Shown here: piece by piece, positions 28,340 through 38,400 of the stretch
Position numbering within the stretch: the first letter of the stretch is position 1
How the letters are laid out: each line of letters opens with the position of its first letter
Source: a virus
IMG/VR virus record: IMGVR_UViG_3300022921_001386
Strand: one strand, 5' to 3'
DNA length: 64,000 nt
Translations under genes and position numbers: made by a program
The notes under the pieces: model-generated
Database searches by the model: none
What the model was told of the DNA's origin: nothing
The model's input: only the letters and a program-made list of their open reading frames with translations

Positions 28340-28368
28340 AATGTAACACACTTTACATTGTATGTCAA
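28340..28368 (-). promoter_or_regulatory. sigma70-type promoter with an overlapping palindrome
   Basis: TTGACA-17 bp-TACATT; inverted repeat AATGTAA-N6-TTACATT at 28340-28359. Confidence 0.55.
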
Positions 28369-29286
28369 TCATAAATCACTTATTTTTGCATAAGACGGAG
28401 CTGGCGAGTTTACATACGAACCTGATGCTCGTATATGCGAAACCGAACTAGTAAGAACTCCTGCTACATATTCGTCGGCGCCGCCTGTACCTATATCTAA
28501 ATCATTAAACACAATATTAAAAGTAATATCTGTATTGTTTGATTCTTTTTTTGCTTGAATATAATATTCGTTGTCTGAATATCCGCCTGCAATACTACCT
28601 GTTTTTCTATATATAGTTTGATACGAGGTTGTTAAATCTTCATTGCCAATAGCATAGGAAGTACCAGATGGCTTTGTATTAGTAGTTACTGTTCGTCCAA
28701 ACTTTATCTGGCCAGCATTAAATATAATATCATACCAGTCTTGATTTTTTTGTAAGTTGGTATCATTTGGTACATCATCAATATTAATCGATGAATCAAA
28801 TCTAATTTCGCCGCCTGCGTTAAAAAAACATCTACGAGCAGCAATTGAAGGAAATGATATTTTAACAGTATGATTAACTGATTGAGGTTGAGATGTTCCT
28901 CCCCACGGAGATGTAGCACCATCTCTTACACTATTAACACCGCCTGATTCTATGTCAGCTTGGTTGCTGTTTAAAATAAATCTATCGTTTTCAAGTTCGA
29001 CTATTAATATTTCGTATGCATTAAACAACACATCTGCAATCTCTGCAGAGGTAGTAACTGTATTAATAAGAACCGGTGAAGTATTATTAATGTGTACATA
29101 CACCTTTTCAAAGTCAGTGAACAAGTTATTCATATCAGAAACTAACACTTCGTTTCCTTCGGCAACTGGATTACTCGATACAGTATTATTGTATCCTTTA
29201 TCACCAGACCCAACTCCTAATACTGCTGAAATTTTTCCTTGTAGTTCGTTGTACCTTGATTGTGAGATAATGTCGCCGACTGCCAT
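28369..29286 (-). CDS. Putative virion structural (tail-associated) protein
   Basis: HTVKISF...FFNAGGEIRF...DW...AGQIKFGR; paralog of 27213..28322; TAAATA at 29303-29308. Confidence 0.65.
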   Translation of the reverse strand: MAVGDIISQSRYNELQGKISAVLGVGSGDKGYNNTVSSNPVAEGNEVLVSDMNNLFTDFEKVYVHINNTSPVLINTVTTSAEIADVLFNAYEILIVELENDRFILNSNQADIESGGVNSVRDGATSPWGGTSQPQSVNHTVKISFPSIAARRCFFNAGGEIRFDSSINIDDVPNDTNLQKNQDWYDIIFNAGQIKFGRTVTTNTKPSGTSYAIGNEDLTTSYQTIYRKTGSIAGGYSDNEYYIQAKKESNNTDITFNIVFNDLDIGTGGADEYVAGVLTSSVSHIRASGSYVNSPAPSYAKISDL

Positions 29287-29305
29287 AACTTTTCCTTTTT
29301 AGTAT

Positions 29306-30841
29306 TTACACTTTTAAAACGCACTCAACCAACTTTTCCGAAGGATCGTCGCTTGATTCTAATGCAATACCAACTAATGCTCTAGTAGCAGTTTGAGAAG
29401 CAACTCCGTCTTCCCATGCATACAATGCCATTCCTTTTTGAACTACACCTATGCACCTTACTGGTACACGACCTTTTAATGCAATAGCTTGGCCATCGAT
29501 TTCTGAGTTCATTAAGTAAGCTGGATTTTCACTAATGACACCAATTGCAAGATCACTAGACTTTGCAGGTCTAGTTTCTGCACTAATATCACGTGTTTCT
29601 ACAAACTTAGCACTAGATACTGCCATTACTGTTCCAACCGGATGTGTTTCTTCTGTGGTATATTTTTCTGCAAGATCGGCATAACGAGCTTTAGTTGCGG
29701 TGCCATTAAATATTGTTGCAGTTAGATTTCCACTGCTATCTCTTGCAGCAATAGTATTTGCGCCAGCAGTGGTTGATGCACTACGTGCCGTGCCTCCTAC
29801 ATCAAGTGCATTTGAAACTGTTGCAGTACCATTAAATGTAGTAGCATAAACTGTATTAAACTTTTCAGTTGCACTACCGATATTATATATGTTTGTTGTT
29901 TCAGGAAAAATTCCTTTATCAACTGCTGCGTTTCTTATTGAAACAATCCCTGTAGCAGATCCGGCAGCTGGTGCAGTTAGTGCAAACAACATTTTATTAC
30001 TTGCATTATTTTGATTTACAAATCTCGGAACTGTACCATCGCTTACATCTATTTTTAGATCATTACTAGCGCCAACTGTAAATCCAACATCGCCTAATGT
30101 TAATGCATCTGTTGTTTTTAAATAATCACTAGCTAAGAATCCACCTAAACGTAATGCATCATTTGCTGATCCCCAAATAATTGGTTCGTTAGTAGCACCT
30201 GTAACAGGTTGATCCAAACTATTTTTTGTAATACCTGTAGCACTATTAACTAATGTAATACCTTTTTTGATTAAACTAAATCCTGTTAACGATGGAACAC
30301 CGGCTGCTTGTACACCGTTTAATGTAAACTCTTCTCCAGAGATTACATACAAACTAACATCATTTATTAGAGCAACAATAATAGTTTTTTCAACCGCTGG
30401 AACAGAGTTATCATTAACACTAACACTAAGCATCTGTGTTGTTCCGCTTCCTGCACTCTGAGGACCTACTAGGATAAACTCGCCTGCGGCTGTTTTACCA
30501 TATAGCTGATTACTTGTACTGCTCCACCACAAATCGCCTTCGTCCAGTCCTGCTGGTTCAGAACTTGATACTTCGGTACCGCCTGCTGTTTTCCATGCAC
30601 TACCAGTATAAAACTTTAGTTTAGTAGTTCCTGCATCATACCATACTTGTCCATCAATAGCTTTAGCAGGTGCAGTAGTTCCTCTAAAGTTTTCTAATAA
30701 ATGAACTATGTTTTCGTTTTGTGCTTCGCCAAAACCACTATAGTTTTTACCAATAAGTTTTAGATCAGTTGTTTGATCTATTGTGCCGTCTTCAACGACT
30801 GTTATCTGTGTACCGTTATATCTATTTACAATATAGGCCAT
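29306..30841 (-). CDS. Tail fibre-like protein with C-terminal intramolecular chaperone-like domain
   Basis: Shared N-terminal module (LIGKNYSGFGE..NEN..HLLENF...GQVWYD); C-terminal YADLAEKY...GVISENPAYLMN...ALKGRVPV. Confidence 0.7.
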   Translation of the reverse strand: MAYIVNRYNGTQITVVEDGTIDQTTDLKLIGKNYSGFGEAQNENIVHLLENFRGTTAPAKAIDGQVWYDAGTTKLKFYTGSAWKTAGGTEVSSSEPAGLDEGDLWWSSTSNQLYGKTAAGEFILVGPQSAGSGTTQMLSVSVNDNSVPAVEKTIIVALINDVSLYVISGEEFTLNGVQAAGVPSLTGFSLIKKGITLVNSATGITKNSLDQPVTGATNEPIIWGSANDALRLGGFLASDYLKTTDALTLGDVGFTVGASNDLKIDVSDGTVPRFVNQNNASNKMLFALTAPAAGSATGIVSIRNAAVDKGIFPETTNIYNIGSATEKFNTVYATTFNGTATVSNALDVGGTARSASTTAGANTIAARDSSGNLTATIFNGTATKARYADLAEKYTTEETHPVGTVMAVSSAKFVETRDISAETRPAKSSDLAIGVISENPAYLMNSEIDGQAIALKGRVPVRCIGVVQKGMALYAWEDGVASQTATRALVGIALESSDDPSEKLVECVLKV

Positions 30842-30880
30842 TGTTGCTCCTCGTGCTTAGTGCTCTTATGTTATTTATCG

Positions 30881-32803
30881 TTAAAGTGCCGATGCTGCTA
30901 TTGTACTTCCATTAACGTCCCATATGCCGCCGTTTGCTTGCATAGTTATTATCAATCTATTTGCTGTTAGATTAACTGTTGCTGTAGGAGCATTGATTGT
31001 AAAGTCACCTATAACATTAACGTTTTGTGTACCAGCACTATCAACTGCTGTTAAAGATTTTACAACACCACTATTAACATCAATAGGATCTGATGAAGCT
31101 GTATAATAGTATGCATGTATTTTTGCAGTTTTTCCTTGAGTGTCAAACGGTGCTGCGGGTATTGGAGATATTTCTGTTAATAGTACAGCAATATTAGTAA
31201 GCAATCCGTCATCTGCAAAAGTGTCACCATATGTTCCTGTTGCATAGGTACTACCTAATCCAGTAACATCTACTCCCATAACTATTGTTGATGATGCTAG
31301 TTCGTCATCAACATATCTTTTAACTACTACATCTTGATCAGCACCTTCTGTTAATAATGCATTGTCGGCTTTACGGCGTGGACTTACCGGAGTTTCTACA
31401 TTTGTTATTTTTACTTTGTTTATTAAGTTTATACTACCAGTTGATGCAAACTCTAAGTTACTAGTTGTTGTAATGCGATCTTCAGTGAAGGTCATTGTAT
31501 CACTTTGTAGGTTGTTTCCTACTACTAATGTATTAAGCTGACCTATTCCTGTTAGACTACTGTTCACAACCGTTGATCCTAACGTATCTAAAGACAATAC
31601 ATTTGTATTATCAATAGCATAGTTGTTTAACTCGTTGTCAATATTAATACTATGACTACTTGTCCAACTGTTAGTTGCATTTAACCAAGTCCAGCGTTTG
31701 TCGTCTCCCTGTACTCTTATAACAATGCCGCCGTCATCTGCTTCGCTGTCAGTTGCTAATGTACTATCGTCTTTTATTGCAAGTTCAATTTGATGGTCTT
31801 CAACTCTAAGAGTAGCAATATCTAAACTTACCGAGTTTCCTTCGATTAATAAATCGCCAGTAACACGCAAGTCTCCTGTAACATCTAACGTATATGCAGG
31901 ATTTGTTTTAAATATACCAATCTTTTTAGTATCGGCGTCAAAATACATAGCAGTGTATGTGCCCGAAACATCTTTAAGATCTACTCGCATGTCAGCATCT
32001 TGAATATTATTCTGCCAGACAGTAGTTTGTCCACTTACTTTTATTGTAAGATCTGTATCAAGTCCAATACTTAATCCGTTATCGTTGGCTATTGCCAATC
32101 TACCTGTTGTAACATCGTCAACAACAGCACTTATAAAACTGTTTTGATCAAATACATTTCCAAGCTCGTCTACAATTTGACCAGCACTAGAGGCTTTCCC
32201 ATAAAATTCAAAATCAACAAACGCTGAGTTTATGTTTACACCTTGTTTTAAAGTAGTAAATCCTGTGATAGCCGGAAACGGGGTAAAGGTTATATTTTCT
32301 TTTGAAACGATTGCATATAAACTGCCATTTAGATACTTTTTAATAATCACTCTATTTTGACTTGTAGTATCTCTAATAGTTGCAATCTCATCGCCTGATT
32401 TAAGTTGGTTTTTTGTATATGCCGGTCCTACTAAAACAGTATTAGTACCGTTCCAAAATAATAGCTGATCCTTTGATGCATCAATCCATATGTCTCCAGG
32501 TATTAGTTCTGATGGCTGAGAACTGGCATATATTGTGCTATCGGTACTTCTAAATGTTGTACCATCATATATTTTTAATCTGCCTGTAGCAGTATCATAC
32601 CAAAGTTGTCCTTTGAGTGGTTTTACCGGTGCTGTACTATTACTAAAGTTTTCCAGCATCTTAATAAAGTTTTCATTTATACTTTCGCCAAATCCTTGAT
32701 AGTTTTTTCCTATTAGTGCAATATCTGCACTGGATATATCTAACCTACCATCAACTAGTTCTACTAGTAACGATCCGTCTGTTTTGTTTAGTTTATAGGC
32801 CAT
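30881..32803 (-). CDS. Tail fibre/baseplate-associated structural protein
   Basis: Same N-terminal module (LIGKNYQGFGE..NENFIKMLENF...GQLWYD); beta-rich repeats. Confidence 0.7.
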   Translation of the reverse strand: MAYKLNKTDGSLLVELVDGRLDISSADIALIGKNYQGFGESINENFIKMLENFSNSTAPVKPLKGQLWYDTATGRLKIYDGTTFRSTDSTIYASSQPSELIPGDIWIDASKDQLLFWNGTNTVLVGPAYTKNQLKSGDEIATIRDTTSQNRVIIKKYLNGSLYAIVSKENITFTPFPAITGFTTLKQGVNINSAFVDFEFYGKASSAGQIVDELGNVFDQNSFISAVVDDVTTGRLAIANDNGLSIGLDTDLTIKVSGQTTVWQNNIQDADMRVDLKDVSGTYTAMYFDADTKKIGIFKTNPAYTLDVTGDLRVTGDLLIEGNSVSLDIATLRVEDHQIELAIKDDSTLATDSEADDGGIVIRVQGDDKRWTWLNATNSWTSSHSINIDNELNNYAIDNTNVLSLDTLGSTVVNSSLTGIGQLNTLVVGNNLQSDTMTFTEDRITTTSNLEFASTGSINLINKVKITNVETPVSPRRKADNALLTEGADQDVVVKRYVDDELASSTIVMGVDVTGLGSTYATGTYGDTFADDGLLTNIAVLLTEISPIPAAPFDTQGKTAKIHAYYYTASSDPIDVNSGVVKSLTAVDSAGTQNVNVIGDFTINAPTATVNLTANRLIITMQANGGIWDVNGSTIAASAL

Positions 32804-34786
32804 TTATGATACTCCGTGATAGATAATAAAGTTAAGTGCAAGGAACGGATTTGTTATATTTAATGCATCGTTTGCTAAATCTACTACACCTCCTGATGTT
32901 CGCAGACGTGTTCCAGTTCCCGATATGTCTCCGTCTCCTGGTACAACTTCTGATGCACTTGCTGTAGCTGTTGTAGTAGCATAGAATTGCTCTCCTGTAC
33001 TACTTTTTAAGTCGTGCTCGTGTTCGGGTAAGTTAGATGCTGTTATAGTAACATCTTCACTACCTGCTACACCACCCATAACACCTACAGTTGATGATGT
33101 AATTCTATTTGCCGATACTACTTGTCCTAGCCCTGCAGGCGTTCTTCCTCGCATATCTGGTATTTTAAACAATGTATTAGGATCACTCGGTGTTCCATGA
33201 TACCATGTTGTTGGATCTGCTGAAAGATATCCCAATACTGTTGCCAAAGCACCGTATGTTGTTAATGATTTTTCTGTTCCGTCTAATATAAACCATCCAT
33301 CAGGTGCAATCAATCCACCGTACATGATTACTGTGCCAACTGGCATAGTATCGATAGAACCAATAATCTGTGCAGGCGTTGCTTTAACTAACGTTCCGCC
33401 TTGATTTAATAATACTTCATCTGTTGTTCTATTGATGCTCGATGCTGCTGATCTACTAGAAATAGCAGCTGATTGTATAGTAGATGTAAATGTTTTAGTA
33501 GAGCCGCCTGTCTGGCCGTCAAATACAAAACTAGTTGCACTAACATCTCCTGCTAGTGAAAAAGTAGTTACACTGTTGAGTTTTGCTGTACTACCAGCTG
33601 TACCGCTAACATTACCTGTTACATTACCTGTTAAGTTACCTGTTATACGATTAGCATGTAATGTATCGTAAGGTAATACTGATGAGCCTATAGAATAAAC
33701 ATTTGCAGTATCGGGCAATATGCTAGTAGTAGTAAGGCTTCCATCAACATCAAAGTTTCCAGTTACAGTTAGATTTCCTGTTATACTAGTATTTCCTGTT
33801 AATGCTGTAGTACCAGTTACTGATAGGTTGCCGGTAAGTTTTTGATTTCCAACTACGTCTAAACTTTCTGTTGGAGACAGGTTGTTGATGCCTACATTAG
33901 TGTTTCCTTTAACTCTGATTGGTATTGCAAAGTTGCCGTTGTTGTTAACTCTTAAATCTATCGGAGCACCTGGAACAGCGTTTTCAACAATGCTATTATT
34001 ACCTTCAACTAACAAACTTAATGTTTTTGAAACACCAACTTCTAAGCCCTGATTGGTTTTTATTTGAAGTTTTTCTGTAAGTTGATTAACAATGTTGTTG
34101 CGCATAAATGTTGAACTTGGTATTGTTGCTCCACTAATAAGTAAGTTTTCTGCGTTAGTTGCAGTGCCATTAAACTTTGCTGCTGACAATGTTTGATTAA
34201 AGTTTGTTCCAACTTTTATCGGTGTTACACTATTAAATCCAGCAAATGATGTTTTGGGCGAAAACTCAACTCTACTTGTAATACTAACTGGTATATTTTC
34301 AATGTATACGACTACTACTGTTCTAGTTGTATCTGTAGTATCTACTAGCTCAACTGATTTAGCTCCAGTGGTGTTTCCATTGCTAAAATCAGGACCTACT
34401 AACAGCCACCCGCTGCCTGTATACAAATACAACTGACTAGTACTAGTATTAACCCAAAGATCGCCTTTGACACTGTTTGTACTATCAGGTTCTGAGGCAT
34501 TCTTTTTTAAACCGCCGGCTGCAACCCAGTTTGTTCCGTCGTATATTTTTAACTGATCTATACTATCTGTAGTGTCATACCAGAGTTGTCCTTCAACTGG
34601 ATTTAATGGTGGATTTGCATTTGCAAAGTTTTCTAATAACTTTAAAAAGTTTTCATTAATAGCAACACCATAATCTGATAATAGTCTACCTGGAAGTTTT
34701 AGACTAGTTTCTGTATTGATTGCGTTATCTTCAACAGTTATAATACCTTTATTAGATTGGTCAGTGAATGGAACTTCGTATGCCAT
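32804..34786 (-). CDS. Short tail fibre-like protein with phage tail collar domain
   Basis: Shared N-terminal module; TGN repeats; collar motif MPVGTVIMYGG...PDGWFILDG...FKIPDMRGR; tip LPEHEH...NPFLALNFII. Confidence 0.8.
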   Translation of the reverse strand: MAYEVPFTDQSNKGIITVEDNAINTETSLKLPGRLLSDYGVAINENFLKLLENFANANPPLNPVEGQLWYDTTDSIDQLKIYDGTNWVAAGGLKKNASEPDSTNSVKGDLWVNTSTSQLYLYTGSGWLLVGPDFSNGNTTGAKSVELVDTTDTTRTVVVVYIENIPVSITSRVEFSPKTSFAGFNSVTPIKVGTNFNQTLSAAKFNGTATNAENLLISGATIPSSTFMRNNIVNQLTEKLQIKTNQGLEVGVSKTLSLLVEGNNSIVENAVPGAPIDLRVNNNGNFAIPIRVKGNTNVGINNLSPTESLDVVGNQKLTGNLSVTGTTALTGNTSITGNLTVTGNFDVDGSLTTTSILPDTANVYSIGSSVLPYDTLHANRITGNLTGNVTGNVSGTAGSTAKLNSVTTFSLAGDVSATSFVFDGQTGGSTKTFTSTIQSAAISSRSAASSINRTTDEVLLNQGGTLVKATPAQIIGSIDTMPVGTVIMYGGLIAPDGWFILDGTEKSLTTYGALATVLGYLSADPTTWYHGTPSDPNTLFKIPDMRGRTPAGLGQVVSANRITSSTVGVMGGVAGSEDVTITASNLPEHEHDLKSSTGEQFYATTTATASASEVVPGDGDISGTGTRLRTSGGVVDLANDALNITNPFLALNFIIYHGVS

Positions 34787-35388
34787 TAAGTATTACCTCC
34801 TGAAAGACTTTGTACTCTTACAGTATAATCAATCTGTATTAATCTGTTGAGTGATTTTTGTACCGGATGGAAAATCACGTGAGTAAGAAGTCTTCCTGTT
34901 CCGCTTGCTGAATAACCTACTAAACCAAGTTCATCAAATACAAACTGTTGTTCTGTATCAGCCGCAGTATCAAATGCATCCTGTCCTTCTGGTTCGCCGT
35001 AGTCTAACAAACAACTTACAACAATATCAGTATAGTTTGTACCAGTAACGTGACGTGTTTCTATTTTGTTTCGTTGTGGATCAACATTGTTTACACTGCG
35101 ATCGTCTACCACTTTTGCATATGTTTGATTGTACAAACTAGCATTTGTACCAGTACTGTTTGGCGTTAAGTATGTAATAATACCTGTTGGGTCAACACTA
35201 GTGCCACCGTTGCCAAATGCCATTTGATATATATAACCTGAACCGGCATTGCCGAGGCTTTCTGCAAGGCTAATACTCATATTTTCATAATGAATAGCAT
35301 TGCGCTTGTTAACAAATACATGCCCACTTTCTGGATTGTGTATTTTTATGTGTCCTTCGAGGTGTACACCGCTTTGTTCGTTAATCAT
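34786..35388 (-). CDS. Putative baseplate/structural protein
   Basis: FGNGGT...FDELGL...LLTHVIFHPVQKS...IQIDYTVR; lies in the structural module with TAAATA at 35412-35417. Confidence 0.6.
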   Translation of the reverse strand: MINEQSGVHLEGHIKIHNPESGHVFVNKRNAIHYENMSISLAESLGNAGSGYIYQMAFGNGGTSVDPTGIITYLTPNSTGTNASLYNQTYAKVVDDRSVNNVDPQRNKIETRHVTGTNYTDIVVSCLLDYGEPEGQDAFDTAADTEQQFVFDELGLVGYSASGTGRLLTHVIFHPVQKSLNRLIQIDYTVRVQSLSGGNT

Positions 35389-35414
35389 GTTTCCATTCCG
35401 TTCCTATAATGTAT

Positions 35415-38400
35415 TTATCGGGGTAGCGATATTGTTTTGTCTGTTATAAATTTAGCTATTTGATTTGTACTATTTGCTAGGGATTTTCCTGTATCGTTCC
35501 ATATTTTTCCTGTTCTGCGAACAACTTCAATGAATATTCCATCTGCAGGAGCATCAATATAATCTGCAAGTGTTAACACTGTGATTGTACTACCGTCGCC
35601 TGTTATTATATTTTCAATAGTATACTCTGGATCTATTGTTACATCTGCTTCAGGCGAATCTTGATCTACTGTTTTGTCAAATGTTACAATATTATCTTTG
35701 CGCAACCTAGTGCCGGCTAAAAATACATCAATCTCATTTACACTAGTTGGAATAAAATCAAGTATAAACTCTTTGGTACTAGAATCACCAATAAACATAG
35801 TTTTAGCTGTTTCGTCTTTATAAGGAATATTTTCTTCTATACCTTGTCCTTGTACCTTTGTTGCAACTGGATATTGCTCTTTTATACCTGTTCCTAGCGT
35901 TCCTCTTCTTAGTTGTCTAAGTAGATTGCCGTCAACACTAAAGTATTCGATACGTTCTTTGTCAATCCAAACAACTCCCGGAGTGCCAAGTGCTTTATTT
36001 GGTTCTTGTATTCCTGTGCTGTCAACCAACTGAATAGATAAATCATAATAGTTTAATGGTTGTTGCAACTTATACTCGTTATCTTTGTTTAAACGCTTGA
36101 AGTGGAATCTGTTTAACATATCTTTAAAGATACGATATCCAAACTTAGGATCGCTTGTTAATGCGGTAAACTGCAATACTTCAACTTTGTCATTTGATGT
36201 AACTTTGTTGTAAAGTTGAACGCCAGATCCACTTGCATCAAGTGAGTAATCGTTTTGTGGAGAAAGTAATATTCCGTTTTTAAATACCCAAACATAGTTT
36301 GCACTTAATGCAGGTTTTTCAAGTTTGATAAATCCTCTACTCAGCAAGTTTTTATCAATATAAAACTGTGTTCCTGCTGGTGCTTGATTTGTATTCCACA
36401 CAATATCATACGAGGTTCTTTCAAATCCGTTTATATCATGGTTGCTGAATACATAGATATCAACTGTTTCCCAATCAGCAGGTGCTTCTGTTAGTGATAA
36501 TACATCAGTTTCGATAAGTTTAATATCACCAATGATTGCCTTTGTGCTATCGTTTTCCCAACTTGCTACAATCTCTGGTGTATCATCAATACTTTTTAGC
36601 TGGAATAGTTCTCTAATATATCCTTGAAGTTCTATTGTTAACGTCGAACCCGATCTGCTAAACTTTTCGACACAAGCAATAACTGTAGTACTATCATCAG
36701 ATAATTCAAAACTTATATCTTGTCCAACTGCTGGATCATTAACTTCTGAACCATTTTGTATTTGTACTGTTGTGTTTAAAAAGTAATATTCTGCATCTCT
36801 GATAATAAAGATTTCTAAAGTATCTCCAATCAATCCTACATTGTTGTTGAGAAGTTGTACTCTGCCATTTGTAGTGTCATAATAATAATCAAGTACATCG
36901 ACAATAGAACCATTAATATATAATACAACGTCAGTGTTTCTAACTGCTGTTGTATCTTCAAACTGCCATCTATCAATGTCGTAAGCACGGTTGCTATCTA
37001 TTGTATATTTTTTTCTATAACCTGCATTTAAGAATCTACCATCACCACGTTTTACTAAAATATTGTGCGATAAAGGTTTATCAATAACTGGTAGTGCAAC
37101 ATCATTTGTAAATCTATGAACTTTATTTGTACCATCGGTTACAAAAGTATTGTCGATTACCATTTGACTGTATTGATTTACGCTGCCGTCATATATTGTA
37201 TATCCAATGATTTTTCCAGCAGTTACTTTGATAGGAAACTCTAGTTGGGCATTACCAGTATCTGATTCTGTAAGTCCGTAATCTGTTGTATCGTTTTGTA
37301 ATACGCCATTTATTGTTACAAACGAACTCAATCCAGACTTCCATGTGATTGGCAGGTTGTATATAAACGTATCACCAGTAGAAACAATATTATCACTATC
37401 GATTAAATCTACACCGTTGGTTCCTATTGTAAGTATTGAAAGATTTTTTCCTTCGTCTAATGCTGTACTATCGTTTAAACTTATGAACTTATTTTCATAG
37501 TCGACATTTAAATCGTCATTATCAATAATGTCGCCGTCAACTTTTACAACCAATGTGGTGTTTGTTTGTGGGAAGTTGTCAAACTCCCACTCAATGGTTG
37601 TGCCATCTGTGATATAGTTTCTAACACTAATAATACCCTGGCCGTCTACACTTCTATTGTACACTTGAATATCAACTGCATCAAGTACCTGTCCTGGAAC
37701 TTGTTCTTCTGGTCCGCCGCTGGTAGTTTCTGTAACAAAGCCGTCGCCGTCAACAACTATGTCGCCAGAGTCGATACCTTTAGCAGTTGTGTATTCAAAG
37801 TTTCCACCTTGTAAACTTACATCGTATGCAGTTGATTCTGGAGTAAAGCTGCCGTCGCTTGTTGATTTTCTAATGATCACAACATCGCCGTCTTTGGTTT
37901 CAACGACATCGCTGTCTAAGAATACGGTATTTGTAATATTATCGCCTTGCGGTGACACCATTTTTGCATTTGGATTGGCTGTTACACTACTTCCATCGTA
38001 AAACGGGTCGTCTATTCTTACATTATTAAGATATACATTGTATGTTACACCTGATTCTAAAACACTGCTCAATGATATTATTTGAGTACTGCCATCTAAT
38101 GTAATGATTTCATCTTCATAGTTAGTGTCAAACGTATCAAAATCAATACCATAAGCGTTTGCATCAAACCCAGTATTTTCGCCAAAGCCGATACTATCCA
38201 TTTGAACGCCACCGTAGTCAACACCACTCATTAACTGACTTAGTTCTTTGCCTGGCATGTTTGTAGTAGGCTTGTAAAAGAAGTTTATTCTATCTTCAGC
38301 AGTTAACAGGTTGGATGATTTTTTATAGTTTATAACAACAGCAGCATTATTTGCAGGTGCAGTAGTAAATGTTATTTTACCACGATATCTATCAAATGTC

